DNA from: Candidatus Saccharimonadota bacterium
GTDB taxonomy: Bacteria; Patescibacteriota; Saccharimonadia; Saccharimonadales; UBA4665
Assembly (NCBI GenBank): GCA_016700375.1
Contig: CP065016.1
Span: 360,001 to 392,000 of the forward strand
DNA length: 32,000 nucleotides
Reading direction: 5' to 3'
Of this stretch, positions 1 through 8,823 are shown one piece after another. Numbering within the stretch: the stretch's first letter is position 1; each line of letters opens with the position of its first letter. A program made the position numbers and the translations under genes. Below the pieces are notes generated by a model. It was not told the DNA's origin, did not search any database, and worked only from the letters and a program-made list of their open reading frames with translations.

Positions 1-22
1 AAAAAGCATGGCCCTCACTGCG

Positions 23-111
23 CTGTCATGCTGAACTTGTTTCAGTATCCATACGTCGAAATGCATCCTCTGTGGGAACCTATGGATTCCGGGTCAAGCC
101 CGGAATGACAG
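23..111. repeat. Nested inverted-repeat (multi-hairpin) element upstream of purL
   Basis: Outer arms CTGTCAT (23-29) and ATGACAG (105-111). Inner arms ATCCATA (47-53) and TATGGAT (81-87). Local hairpins CTGAA/TTCAG (31-35/41-45) and ATTCCGGG/CCCGGAAT (86-93/99-106). No ORF. Resembles REP/MITE-like hairpin repeats. Confidence 0.5.
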
Positions 112-142
112 GGAATAGTAGAGTAACACTGGAGGTGCGGTA

Positions 143-3100
143 GTGAAAACCTACAGTGGTATAAACGCGTTATCCGTTTCTAAAGCACAAAGTTTGCTCA
201 AACGACTGCAAGACGTCGACAAAAATGTGCGCAGCGTAAGCGCCGAGTTTGTACACTTTATTGATACAGACGCTACGCTATCGGCGGCAGACGACGCCAA
301 GCTTCAGCAGCTCCTCACCTACGACACGCCGTTTAGCGGCAACCGCACGGGCAGTGTGTATTTGGTAGTGCCACGCCCAGGCACCATTTCGCCGTGGTCC
401 AGTAAAGCAACCGATATTGCGCACAATGCCGGCCTCACTCACGTACATCGCATTGAGCGCGGCCTCGCGTACTACATAGACTCAGTCGAGTGCGAGAAAA
501 TTGCGCCGCTGCTGCACGACCGCATGACCGAAACCGTGCTTAGTTCACTCGAAGCCGCCGAAGCACTGTTCGGTGAGCCACAGCCCAAGCCGCTCATTAT
601 TATCGATGTATCGAAGGGCGGCAAAGCGGCACTAGAAAAAGCCAATAGTGAACAAGGCCTTGCCCTCAGCGCCGACGAAATCGATTACCTTGTAGACGCG
701 TACGCTCGTCTTGGCCGCAACCCCAGCGACGCCGAGCTAATGATGTTTGGCCAGGTCAATAGCGAGCACTGCCGCCACAAAGTCTTCAACGCCGACTGGG
801 TAGTAGACGGCCGCAAGCAGCCAAAAAGTTTATTCAAAATGATTCGTAATACCTTTGAGCTAGGCGGGGAAGACGTGCTGTCGGCATACTCAGACAATGC
901 CGCCGTGCTGGCTGGCCCCACCGCTGGCCGATTTTTCCCTGACCCCGAGACACATGTGTACGCTTACACCACCGAACCAATCCACACCGTCATTAAGGTA
1001 GAAACACACAATCACCCCACCGCCATTGCGCCGTTCCCTGGTGCAGCCACCGGCACTGGCGGCGAAATCCGTGACGAAGGAGCCACCGGCCGCGGCGCAA
1101 AACCCAAGATGGGGCTAGCCGGATTTAGCGTCTCGAACCTTCACCTGCCCGACGCTGCGCAGCCGTGGGAAAAACCATACGGCAAACCCGACCGTATTAC
1201 CTCACCGCTGGGGATTATGCTAGATGCACCACTGGGCGGCGCTGCCTTTGCCAACGAATTTGGCCGCCCCAACCTCGCTGGTTACTTCCGCACCTACGAA
1301 CAACACGACGGCCACGAAGTCCGCGGCTATCATAAACCGATTATGATTGCTGGTGGCCTCGGCAACATCCGTGATCAGCACGTTCAAAAGGGCAAGCTCC
1401 GCCCAGGTGACAAAATTATCATTCTCGGCGGGCCAGCCATGCTCATCGGCCTCGGCGGCGGTGCAGCCAGCAGTATGCAAACTGGCGCCAGTAGTGCCGA
1501 CCTCGACTTTGCTAGTGTGCAGCGGGGCAACGGCGAAATGGAACGTCGGGCACAGGAAGTCATCGACGCTTGCTGGGCGAGCGGCGAACAAAACCCCATC
1601 GTCATGATTCACGACATTGGCGCTGGCGGCTACTGCAATGCCGTACCAGAACTAGTTCACGATGCTGGACTCGGCGCCCGCGTCGAACTGCGCGACATCG
1701 CCAATGCCGATCCTGGCATGTCACCCATGGAAATCTGGTGCAACGAAGCTCAGGAACGCTACGTCATCGGCCTCCGTTCCAAAGATGTTGCCCGTTTTGC
1801 AGCCATGTGCGAACGGGAACGCTGCCCGTATACGGTCATTGGCACAGCCGTGGACGAAGACCGCCTCGTTGTACACGACCGCTTGCTCGGTAACAACACC
1901 GTCGACCTCCCCATGAGCACCCTCTTTGGTAAACCGCCCAAAATGACCCGCGCGTTCTCCCGCATTACAAAAAAACCAACGTCATTTGATGTGTCATCTA
2001 TAGATATAGCAGAAGCCGTGCAGCGCGTTTTGCACATGCCCAGTGTAGGAAGTAAAAAATTTCTCATTACCATCGGCGACCGCAGCATTACCGGTCTGGT
2101 CGCGCGCGACCAAATGATTGGACCATGGCAGGTTCCAGTCAGTGATGTTGCCGTCACGGCCGCAGCTTTTGATACCACCGCCGGTGAAGCCATGTCCATG
2201 GGCGAGCGCGCTCCTATAGCCGTGACGAACGCCCCCGCCTCTGGTCGCATGGCCATTGCCGAAACCATTACTAACATGCTCGCGGCCGACATCAAAAAAC
2301 TCAGTGACATCAAACTATCCGCCAACTGGATGGCAGCCGTCGGCCACGAGCGCGGCGACGAAGAGTTGTACAATACGGTGCACGCCGTGGGCGAGGGTTT
2401 TTGCCCCGCGCTTGGCCTCACCATACCAGTCGGCAAAGACTCTCTGAGCATGCGTTCCACGTGGAGTGAAAACGGCAAAGCAAAGAGCGTCGCCTCACCG
2501 CTGTCACTCATCATAACTGGTTTCAGCCCCGTAGGAGACGTTACAAAAACGCTGACCCCTCAACTCGACGTTGGCCAAGATTCGGTACTCATGTTCGTTG
2601 ACCTTTCCGGCGGGCATGCTCGGCTGGGCGGTTCAGCACTCGCTCAAGCCTACGGCAAAACCGGGGGCGAAACACCCGATGCCGACCCTGAGGCACTAAA
2701 AAAATTTTTTGCAGTCTTCACCAAACTAAAAGAGCAGGGCAAAATCCTCGCCTACCACGACCGCTCCGACGGCGGCCTCTTCACCACCCTCTGTGAAATG
2801 GCGTTCGCCAGCCGCTGCGGCCTAGACATCGACCTCAGTAGCCTGACAAGGACAGTCCTTGTCAATAAAGGGGGGTCGTTACTTGGGGCGCTGTTTAATG
2901 AAGAACTCGGTGCTGTCATCCAGGTGAAAGCGACAGATGAGAAAACCATATCCCAGGCGTTTTCGGGCTCCTGCTTCGTACTCGGCAAGCCAACCAAAGC
3001 CCAAGAAATCATTTTCCGTAACGGGTCAGAAGTAGTTTATAAAAATACTCGGGCCCAGCTAGAACAGTGGTGGGCAGAAACCAGTTATCGCATACAAAAA

Positions 3101-4192
3101 TTGCGCGATAATCCAGAATGTGCGGATGAAGAGTACGCTTCGATCGGCGATGACGCCGATCCTGGGCTGACGCCCAGGGTGGAATCTGGAATCTGGAATA
3201 TGGAATCTGGAATGGCTACAATGGCACAGACTGGAGGCACGCAGGCTTTGAGTGCCAATGAGGTCACGCCAGTGGCCGAACCGCTGCGTAGCGGCGGCGC
3301 GAGCGAGCAGCGAGCGGGGGAGTGGAGGCTGGACTCGAGCAAAGCGATGAGTCCACCTCAAGAGGGGCGAGCCCCTCTTAGTCAAACAAAGAAGGAACAA
3401 CCACGCGTCGCAATCTTCCGCGAACAAGGCGTCAACGGTCAAGTCGAAATGGCTGCCGCTTTCGACCGCGCCGGTTTTACCAGCGTCGATGTTCACCTGA
3501 ACGATATCATACAGGGCAACGTGACCCTCGCAGACTTTAGCGGTCTGGTTGCTTGCGGCGGGTTTAGTTACGGCGATGTCCTTGGTGCTGGCGGCGGCTG
3601 GGCAAAAACCATTTTGCTTGACCCAAAACTGCGCGCCCAGTTCAAGGCGTTTTTTGAACGCCCAGACGCCTTCACTCTCGGCGTTTGCAACGGCTGTCAA
3701 ATGCTTTCTGAACTGAAAGAACTCATTCCCGGCGCAGAAACCTGGCCGCAGTTCTTGCAAAACCGCAGCGAACGCTTTGAAGCGCGCCTCCCACAGGTGC
3801 GACTGAACAAAACGCCGTCAATATTTTTTGCCGGCATGGAGGGTTCTATTTTACCTATTCCGGTGGCACACGGCGAAGGCTATGCGGTGTTTGCAACAGA
3901 GGCAGAAAAGCAATCCGCGGTAAAAAGCGGCCTTGTCGCCGCCCAGTACGTAGATGGCCATCACAAGGTCACCGAGGCTTACCCGGCTAACCCCAACGGC
4001 TCACCCGAAGGCATCACCGCACTGACCACCCCCGACGGCCGCGCCACCATAATGATGCCACACCCCGAACGCGCCTTCCTGACCCGCCAACTCAGCTGGC
4101 ACCCTGCCGACTGGGCAGAAGATTCGCCCTGGATGCAGATGTTTGTGAATGCCCGGGAATGGGTCGCGGAGAAAGGGAATCTGGAATCTTGA
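143..4192 (+). CDS. purL: Phosphoribosylformylglycinamidine (FGAM) synthase, single-chain large type
   Basis: 1349-aa ORF. GGAGG (131-135) lies 7 nt before the GTG start. FGAM-synthetase core motifs are present ([35 protein letters not shown]). The C-terminal class-I glutaminase has [13 protein letters not shown] and MMPHPER. Contains an atypical 77-aa linker insertion (see findings). Confidence 0.97.
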   Translation: MKTYSGINALSVSKAQSLLKRLQDVDKNVRSVSAEFVHFIDTDATLSAADDAKLQQLLTYDTPFSGNRTGSVYLVVPRPGTISPWSSKATDIAHNAGLTHVHRIERGLAYYIDSVECEKIAPLLHDRMTETVLSSLEAAEALFGEPQPKPLIIIDVSKGGKAALEKANSEQGLALSADEIDYLVDAYARLGRNPSDAELMMFGQVNSEHCRHKVFNADWVVDGRKQPKSLFKMIRNTFELGGEDVLSAYSDNAAVLAGPTAGRFFPDPETHVYAYTTEPIHTVIKVETHNHPTAIAPFPGAATGTGGEIRDEGATGRGAKPKMGLAGFSVSNLHLPDAAQPWEKPYGKPDRITSPLGIMLDAPLGGAAFANEFGRPNLAGYFRTYEQHDGHEVRGYHKPIMIAGGLGNIRDQHVQKGKLRPGDKIIILGGPAMLIGLGGGAASSMQTGASSADLDFASVQRGNGEMERRAQEVIDACWASGEQNPIVMIHDIGAGGYCNAVPELVHDAGLGARVELRDIANADPGMSPMEIWCNEAQERYVIGLRSKDVARFAAMCERERCPYTVIGTAVDEDRLVVHDRLLGNNTVDLPMSTLFGKPPKMTRAFSRITKKPTSFDVSSIDIAEAVQRVLHMPSVGSKKFLITIGDRSITGLVARDQMIGPWQVPVSDVAVTAAAFDTTAGEAMSMGERAPIAVTNAPASGRMAIAETITNMLAADIKKLSDIKLSANWMAAVGHERGDEELYNTVHAVGEGFCPALGLTIPVGKDSLSMRSTWSENGKAKSVASPLSLIITGFSPVGDVTKTLTPQLDVGQDSVLMFVDLSGGHARLGGSALAQAYGKTGGETPDADPEALKKFFAVFTKLKEQGKILAYHDRSDGGLFTTLCEMAFASRCGLDIDLSSLTRTVLVNKGGSLLGALFNEELGAVIQVKATDEKTISQAFSGSCFVLGKPTKAQEIIFRNGSEVVYKNTRAQLEQWWAETSYRIQKLRDNPECADEEYASIGDDADPGLTPRVESGIWNMESGMATMAQTGGTQALSANEVTPVAEPLRSGGASEQRAGEWRLDSSKAMSPPQEGRAPLSQTKKEQPRVAIFREQGVNGQVEMAAAFDRAGFTSVDVHLNDIIQGNVTLADFSGLVACGGFSYGDVLGAGGGWAKTILLDPKLRAQFKAFFERPDAFTLGVCNGCQMLSELKELIPGAETWPQFLQNRSERFEARLPQVRLNKTPSIFFAGMEGSILPIPVAHGEGYAVFATEAEKQSAVKSGLVAAQYVDGHHKVTEAYPANPNGSPEGITALTTPDGRATIMMPHPERAFLTRQLSWHPADWAEDSPWMQMFVNAREWVAEKGNLES
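3181..3215 (+). repeat. Heptamer tandem array, 5 units (GGAATCT-like), inside the purL linker
   Basis: ggaatct ggaatct ggaatat ggaatct ggaatgg read directly. Translated in frame as [11 protein letters not shown]. Confidence 0.9.
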
Positions 4193-4203
4193 ATCTTGAA
4201 TCT
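4176..4203 (+). repeat. Heptamer tandem array (GGAATCT x2, TGAATCT x2) spanning the purL stop codon
   Basis: ggaatct ggaatct tgaatct tgaatct. Encodes the purL C-terminus (..GNLES*) and the 5' end of the next gene. It is the inverted counterpart of the array at 4579-4627. Confidence 0.9.
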
Positions 4204-4614
4204 AGTAAAACAACAATCCGGAATTTTACCGACCTAGATACCTGGAAGCAGGGCCATAGGCTAGTAATTCATATATACAGTGTCACAAAACAATTCCCAA
4301 TAGATGAGCAGTTTGGTCTTACAAGCCAAATTCGTCGGGCAGCCGTTTCGGTAACGTCAAATATTGCAGAGGGCTTTTCGAGATCATCTTACGGTGATAA
4401 AGGCCATTTTTTCACAATTGCTCATGGCTCACTGACTGAAGTGCAAAATCAGCTTTTGATAAGTCGTGATGTTGGCTATCTTTCCCAGGCTGAGTTTGAC
4501 AAATTAGCCGAACAAACTGTAGTAATACACAAACTACTCAACGGTCTGATAAAATCAACCAAACAAAAACACCACAAAATTCCAAATTCTAGATTCAAGA
4601 TTCATAATTCATAA
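4189..4614 (+). CDS. Four-helix-bundle protein (23S rRNA intervening-sequence protein / Avd-like family)
   Basis: The translation [53 protein letters not shown]...[25 protein letters not shown] matches the family signature (NIAEG, GSxxE). The start is uncertain: TTG at 4189 overlaps the purL stop, and the in-frame ATG at 4159 would overlap purL by 34 nt. Confidence 0.85.
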   Translation: MNLESSKTTIRNFTDLDTWKQGHRLVIHIYSVTKQFPIDEQFGLTSQIRRAAVSVTSNIAEGFSRSSYGDKGHFFTIAHGSLTEVQNQLLISRDVGYLSQAEFDKLAEQTVVIHKLLNGLIKSTKQKHHKIPNSRFKIHNS

Positions 4615-4627
4615 TTCAAGATTCAAT
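4579..4627 (+). repeat. Heptamer tandem array, 7 units (ATTCAAG-like), inverted relative to 4176-4203
   Basis: attccaa attctag attcaag attcata attcata attcaag attcaat. AGATTCAAGATTC here is the reverse complement of GAATCTTGAATCT at 4191-4203. Encodes the last residues (..NSRFKIHNS*) of the four-helix-bundle gene. Confidence 0.9.
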
Positions 4628-4643
4628 TAGACAAGGAGTAAAA

Positions 4644-6275
4644 ATGTCCATCGACCACCTACTAAAAACAAATAACAATGCACTACTATCCGTCTACGAT
4701 AAAACAGGCATTGCCGAGTTTGCGAAAGGCCTACACGAACTAGGCTGGAATATCATTTCGTCTGGCGGCACCGCAAAAGTGGTAGCCGAGGCTGGCGTGC
4801 CGGTAACGGACGTCGCTGAGTTGGTGGGCGGGGAGGCCATATTGGGCCACCGCGTGGTAACGCTCTCGCGTGAAGTACACAGCGGACTGTTGGCAGACGC
4901 CGACAAGCCGGAAGATTTGACCGAGCTGAAAGAACGCGGTATACCACTCATTGACCTCGTGGCAGTAGATATGTACCCACTGGAGAAAGAAATTGCCAGC
5001 GGCAACGCCACGCTCGCAAGCGTCATAGAAAAGACTGACATAGGCGGCCCAACTATGCTACGAGCTGGCGCTAAAGCACGTCGGATTGTGCTGTCGCGTG
5101 CCAGCCAACGAAGTGAAGTGCTCCAATGGTTAACAGATGGAAAACCAGACGAAAAAGCCTTCCGAGACAAACTATGCGCCGTCGCCGAGTACGAGTGCGC
5201 CCGCTACATCCTCATCAGCGCCAAGTACCACGGCGGCGAAGACGTGGCTGGCTGGATAGGCCAGCGGGTCGCTCCCACCAAATACGGCGAAAACCCGTGG
5301 CAAACCCCTGCGGGGCTGTATGCCGACAACCGCGTCGCTGCCGACCCGCTCGGACTCGACCAGTTTACACACCAAAAAGGCTGGGAACTGAGCTACATAA
5401 ACGAAACTGACATGCACCGTTTGCTGCAAACACTCACGCACGTTGCCGCTGGCTTCGAAGTGAATTTTGGTAAAGTTCCAAGCGTTGCGGTGGGCGTTAA
5501 GCACGGTAATGCCTGCGGCGCTGGCGTAGCAGACACAGCAGTGGAAGCCGTGCAGAAGATGCTGGAGGGCGATGAGATTGCTATATTTGGCGGCGTGGTC
5601 ATGATAAATGGCCCGATTGATACCGACGTCGCGGCCGCACTCATGACACACCACATGCCCGAAGGCAAAAACCGCTTGCTCGACGGCGTCGTGGGAAGCG
5701 AAGTCACACCCGAAGCCATGGAAATCCTTTCTCGCGCCAAACTCCGCATCGTCACCAACCCGGCGTTGGCAAACCTTAGCAAAGACACTCTAGAAACAGC
5801 GCCAATACTCCGAAACGTTCGTGGTGGCATGCTTGTGCAGCCCAACTACACCTTTGTAGTCGACTATAGCGCCGACTACATGGAACAACACGGCGACCTA
5901 AGCGAACAGGCCAAAAAAGACATGCTGCTCGCCTGGGCAGTTGGCAGCACCAGCAATAGCAACACCATTTGCATAGTGAAAGATGGCCGCATGCTCGGCA
6001 ACGGCGTCGGCCAGCAAGACAGGGTCGGAGCAGCCAAACTTGCCGTCACCCGTGCAACTTCACGCGACCACGATGTCACCGGCGCAGCTGCCTACAGCGA
6101 CAGCTTTTTCCCATTCCCCGACGGCCCGCTTGTGTTGGCAGACGCCGGTATCACGGCCATACTTACCAGCAGCGGTTCAGTGAAAGACCCAGAAGTCGTG
6201 GAAACCCTGGCCAAAAAGAACGTCACCGTCATGATGCTCCCCGACAAAACCGGCCGCGGCTTCTTCGGCCACTAA
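4644..6275 (+). CDS. purH: Bifunctional AICAR formyltransferase / IMP cyclohydrolase
   Basis: AAGGAG (4633-4638) lies 5 nt upstream of the ATG. The N-terminal MGS-like domain reads ALLSVYDKTGIAEFAKGLHELGWNIISSGGTAKVV. The AICARFT region contains VKHGNACGAGV. Length is typical for PurH. Confidence 0.95.
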   Translation: MSIDHLLKTNNNALLSVYDKTGIAEFAKGLHELGWNIISSGGTAKVVAEAGVPVTDVAELVGGEAILGHRVVTLSREVHSGLLADADKPEDLTELKERGIPLIDLVAVDMYPLEKEIASGNATLASVIEKTDIGGPTMLRAGAKARRIVLSRASQRSEVLQWLTDGKPDEKAFRDKLCAVAEYECARYILISAKYHGGEDVAGWIGQRVAPTKYGENPWQTPAGLYADNRVAADPLGLDQFTHQKGWELSYINETDMHRLLQTLTHVAAGFEVNFGKVPSVAVGVKHGNACGAGVADTAVEAVQKMLEGDEIAIFGGVVMINGPIDTDVAAALMTHHMPEGKNRLLDGVVGSEVTPEAMEILSRAKLRIVTNPALANLSKDTLETAPILRNVRGGMLVQPNYTFVVDYSADYMEQHGDLSEQAKKDMLLAWAVGSTSNSNTICIVKDGRMLGNGVGQQDRVGAAKLAVTRATSRDHDVTGAAAYSDSFFPFPDGPLVLADAGITAILTSSGSVKDPEVVETLAKKNVTVMMLPDKTGRGFFGH

Positions 6276-6351
6276 GTCATTCGTATATCATCGTAAATTT
6301 GCAGTGACTATATTATTTAGTCTATACTTTCTATATCAGCTGCAATGTATG

Positions 6352-6380
6352 TTGCTGATATCTACAATAAATGGTATAAT
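6352..6380 (+). promoter_or_regulatory. Sigma-70-like promoter (TTGCTG-17 nt-TATAAT) placing the TSS at or next to ATG 6387
   Basis: TTGCTG at 6352-6357, 17-nt spacer, TATAAT at 6375-6380, and the ATG 6 nt downstream. No Shine-Dalgarno sequence in between. Confidence 0.5.
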
Positions 6381-6386
6381 ACAGAA

Positions 6387-6719
6387 ATGAACTTTCTTTC
6401 TAGCATCCGAAGTAAGCTAATTGGAGTCGACCCAGAAGCTGTCGCAGCCTATCAGACTGTCTTGCCGAGACAAATTGACGTTACAGTCCGCAAAGACGGG
6501 AAATATTTTATCGCAACTATTAAAACAATAGAAGATACACCCATAAAAGGCTCGTTGATGACGGAGGCGAAAGACATTCAAACTCTTGTAAATAACGTGA
6601 ATGATTTAATCTACACAAAGATTAATATGCCAGCCCAGATTCGGCCATATTATGGCAACGTTTTTAAGCCCGAAGGTTATAAAAACAATGCTAAAGAAAT
6701 GTTATTAGTTAAAGTTTAG
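6387..6719 (+). CDS. Hypothetical protein, HicB-like antitoxin fold (tentative)
   Basis: The ORF track starts at 6345, but the promoter geometry favours ATG 6387 (MNFLSS..). The segment IDVTVRKDGKYFIATIKTIEDTPIKGSLMTEAKDIQTLVNNVNDLIY resembles the HicB N-terminal domain pattern. It sits immediately upstream of a HicA-like gene in an AT-rich segment. Confidence 0.55.
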   Translation: MNFLSSIRSKLIGVDPEAVAAYQTVLPRQIDVTVRKDGKYFIATIKTIEDTPIKGSLMTEAKDIQTLVNNVNDLIYTKINMPAQIRPYYGNVFKPEGYKNNAKEMLLVKV

Positions 6720-6726
6720 CTGCCAT

Positions 6727-6966
6727 ATGGGCGAGTTCTACAAACCTTCTAGCTACCGAGCATTTAAGAAATTCTTGAGGAAAAAGGGATTTACAATCCG
6801 AGAGAGTGGAGGTCATATGATAGCTTCCTTACCTGGTTCAGAAGATGTCGAACTTGCCATCCCCCGCCACAATACACTAAGTAATGGCCTCACAGAATCT
6901 CAATGTAAAAAACTTCTTGAACTTGGATTCGATAAAACAGAAATCAAGCGCTGCATTTTGAAATAA
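6727..6966 (+). CDS. HicA-like (YcfA family) mRNA-interferase toxin, divergent
   Basis: 79 aa. FKKFLRKKGFTIRESGGHMIASLPG...LAIPRHNTLSNGL parallels the HicA pattern L.K.GF....GSH......vPrH..l..Gt. It lies 7 nt after the upstream small gene. Confidence 0.6.
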   Translation: MGEFYKPSSYRAFKKFLRKKGFTIRESGGHMIASLPGSEDVELAIPRHNTLSNGLTESQCKKLLELGFDKTEIKRCILK

Positions 6967-7018
6967 TTAAGTGTAAGGATCTTGCCTAATACTGCTCATG
7001 CTTTCATACTAGAAGTGG

Positions 7019-8779
7019 ATGCAGCATCAACTGAAGAAAAATTTAGGGGTGACCCGGCACGGGGATGACACTGAGTTCCGCGTGTGGGCGCCGTTTGCTT
7101 CGGCCGTGAATCTGGCAGGTACCGTCACCGGCGAGAAAGAAATAGCCCTTAAAAGCGAAAACGACGGCTACTGGTCGGTGAGCATAAAAGGGGTCGAACC
7201 GGGGCAGAACTACGTGTTTCTCATAACCACAGCAGACGGCACCGTGCTCACGCGCAACGACCCGCGTGCTCGGCAACTCACCACATCTGACAGCGGCGCG
7301 TCGGTCATAATCGATCCAGACTTTGACTGGCAAGGAGATGCCTTCACCCCTGTACTTCCGCAGCAGCAGGTTATGTATGAGCTCCATGTTGGCACATTCA
7401 ACCGACCAGATGCCGCCACCATAGGCACCTTTAGCGATACACTCGAGAAGCTCGATTACCTGAAAGCCCTCGGCGTCAACGTTATAGAACTTATGCCCGT
7501 TACCAGCATGGCACACAGCTACGGCTGGGGCTACGCCCCGAACCACATATATTCGGTAGAGAACGCCTACGGCGGGCGTCACGGGCTGCTCACGTTTGTG
7601 CGCGAATGCCACAAACAGGGAATTGCTGTTATTCTCGACGTTGTGTACAACCACTTCTCAGGTGAAACCGACCTCTGGCAGTTTGACGGATGGAGTGAAA
7701 ATGGTCGCGGCGGCATATATTTTTATAACGACACACGCGGCGACACGCCGTGGGGAGGACGTCCAGACTATGGCCGGCCAGAGGTACGTCAGTTCATACT
7801 CGACAACGTCACCATGTGGCTAGAGGAATACCACCTAGACGGACTCCGTGTCGACTCCACCATTTACATGCGCAACACCGAAGGTCATGACAACGACCCG
7901 GCGCACGATATTTCCCATGCCTGGTACCTACTGCAAGACATCACCGAGCTTGCTCACAAACTCAATCCAAATGCTATTGTTGTGGCCGAAGATTGCGCGA
8001 ATAGCGCGTACCTTACTAAGCCACGCAGCGAAAACGGCTGCGCCTTCGATGCCCAGTGGGAACTTGGCTTTCCGCATGCCTTACGCGATGGCCTCGGTCT
8101 CCGTGGCGGCCGGACACTCGCGGGCGTACGCTACGAACTAGAGCGCCGCTACAACGGCAACGCCTTCGAAAAAGTCGTCTTTAGCGACTCGCATGATACC
8201 GCCGCCAACGGTTCAGTTCGGCTCAACGAAGCCGCCAGTAGCGGTGATGCCGCCGACAAACATGCCCGCGAAAAAACCGTCCTTGCAAACACCGTCATGC
8301 TCACCGCACCAGGCATACCGATGTTCCTTCAGGGCCAAGAGTTCATGCAGGAAGGCAGTTTCAATGACTGGCAAGAACTTGAGTGGGATAAAGCCGAAAC
8401 CTACAGTGGCATAGTGCTCGCGCATCAGCACCTCGTAAACCTCCGTCTAAACCAAGGCGGAACAACTGCTGGGCTGCTTGGCCAAAGCACCGCCGTATTT
8501 CACCAAGACGACAACAACGGCGTCATTGGCTATCACCGTTGGGACAAAGGCGGCCCGGGCGACGATGTCCTTGTCATTGCCAACTTTGGCGGTGATGCGC
8601 ACGAAACGTATCAGCTACAGGTGCCGCTTCCCGGGAAATGGCGCGTCCGCTTCAATAGTACCTGGAAAGGCTACAGCCCGGACTTTCACGAAGTTGCACT
8701 AGGCGAAATTGCTACCGACGAAAACCGTCTCATTACCCTTAATCTCCCCGCCTACGCCGCCCTCATTCTCTCGCAGTAA
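7019..8779 (+). CDS. GH13 alpha-amylase-family enzyme with N-terminal CBM48-like domain (glucan branching enzyme / TreZ-like)
   Basis: FRVWAPFASAVNLAG matches CBM48. GH13 conserved regions are present: ILDVVYNHFS, LDGLRVDSTIYM, VVAEDC, FSDSHDT. The segment DLWQFDGW....PWGGRPDYGRPEVRQFILDNVTMWLEEYHLDGLRVD is closest to branching-enzyme-type sequences I know. Confidence 0.85.
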   Translation: MQHQLKKNLGVTRHGDDTEFRVWAPFASAVNLAGTVTGEKEIALKSENDGYWSVSIKGVEPGQNYVFLITTADGTVLTRNDPRARQLTTSDSGASVIIDPDFDWQGDAFTPVLPQQQVMYELHVGTFNRPDAATIGTFSDTLEKLDYLKALGVNVIELMPVTSMAHSYGWGYAPNHIYSVENAYGGRHGLLTFVRECHKQGIAVILDVVYNHFSGETDLWQFDGWSENGRGGIYFYNDTRGDTPWGGRPDYGRPEVRQFILDNVTMWLEEYHLDGLRVDSTIYMRNTEGHDNDPAHDISHAWYLLQDITELAHKLNPNAIVVAEDCANSAYLTKPRSENGCAFDAQWELGFPHALRDGLGLRGGRTLAGVRYELERRYNGNAFEKVVFSDSHDTAANGSVRLNEAASSGDAADKHAREKTVLANTVMLTAPGIPMFLQGQEFMQEGSFNDWQELEWDKAETYSGIVLAHQHLVNLRLNQGGTTAGLLGQSTAVFHQDDNNGVIGYHRWDKGGPGDDVLVIANFGGDAHETYQLQVPLPGKWRVRFNSTWKGYSPDFHEVALGEIATDENRLITLNLPAYAALILSQ

Positions 8780-8823
8780 CCACGCACGTGTACACCTCCT
8801 CCGACATGTATAGTAGAGGGTAT

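Noticed and set aside
1-142. ZTP or purine riboswitch upstream of purL (and upstream of purH at 4615-4643, or in the 16666-16933 repeats, whose GAAACTACCGG recalls part of the ZTP core)
   Set aside because: I cannot find the conserved ZTP elements (GGGUCGUGACUGGCG... / ...CCGCCUGGGC) or the purine riboswitch core. The purH leader is only ~30 nt of heptamer repeat plus a Shine-Dalgarno sequence. The 16666 and 16881 elements are not upstream of purine genes.
685-3760. Numerous 60-250-aa ORFs on the opposite strand or in alternative frames inside purL (e.g. 685-921-, 1220-1612-, 1759-2514-, 3059-3760-)
   Set aside because: They are fully embedded in a gene with unambiguous PurL homology along its whole length. 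Their translations are Arg/Ser/Ala/Pro-rich, as is typical of shadow ORFs in GC-richer coding DNA.
4159-4188. ATG 4159 as the start of the four-helix-bundle gene
   Set aside because: It would overlap purL by 34 nt and add a repeat-encoded N-terminal extension ([10 protein letters not shown]) absent from the family as I know it. It cannot be excluded without data, so it is noted as an alternative only.
4189-4614. Four-helix-bundle (Avd-like) gene as part of a diversity-generating retroelement
   Set aside because: No reverse-transcriptase ORF (no YxDD-type motif in any listed translation) and no template/variable repeat pair is visible within the window.
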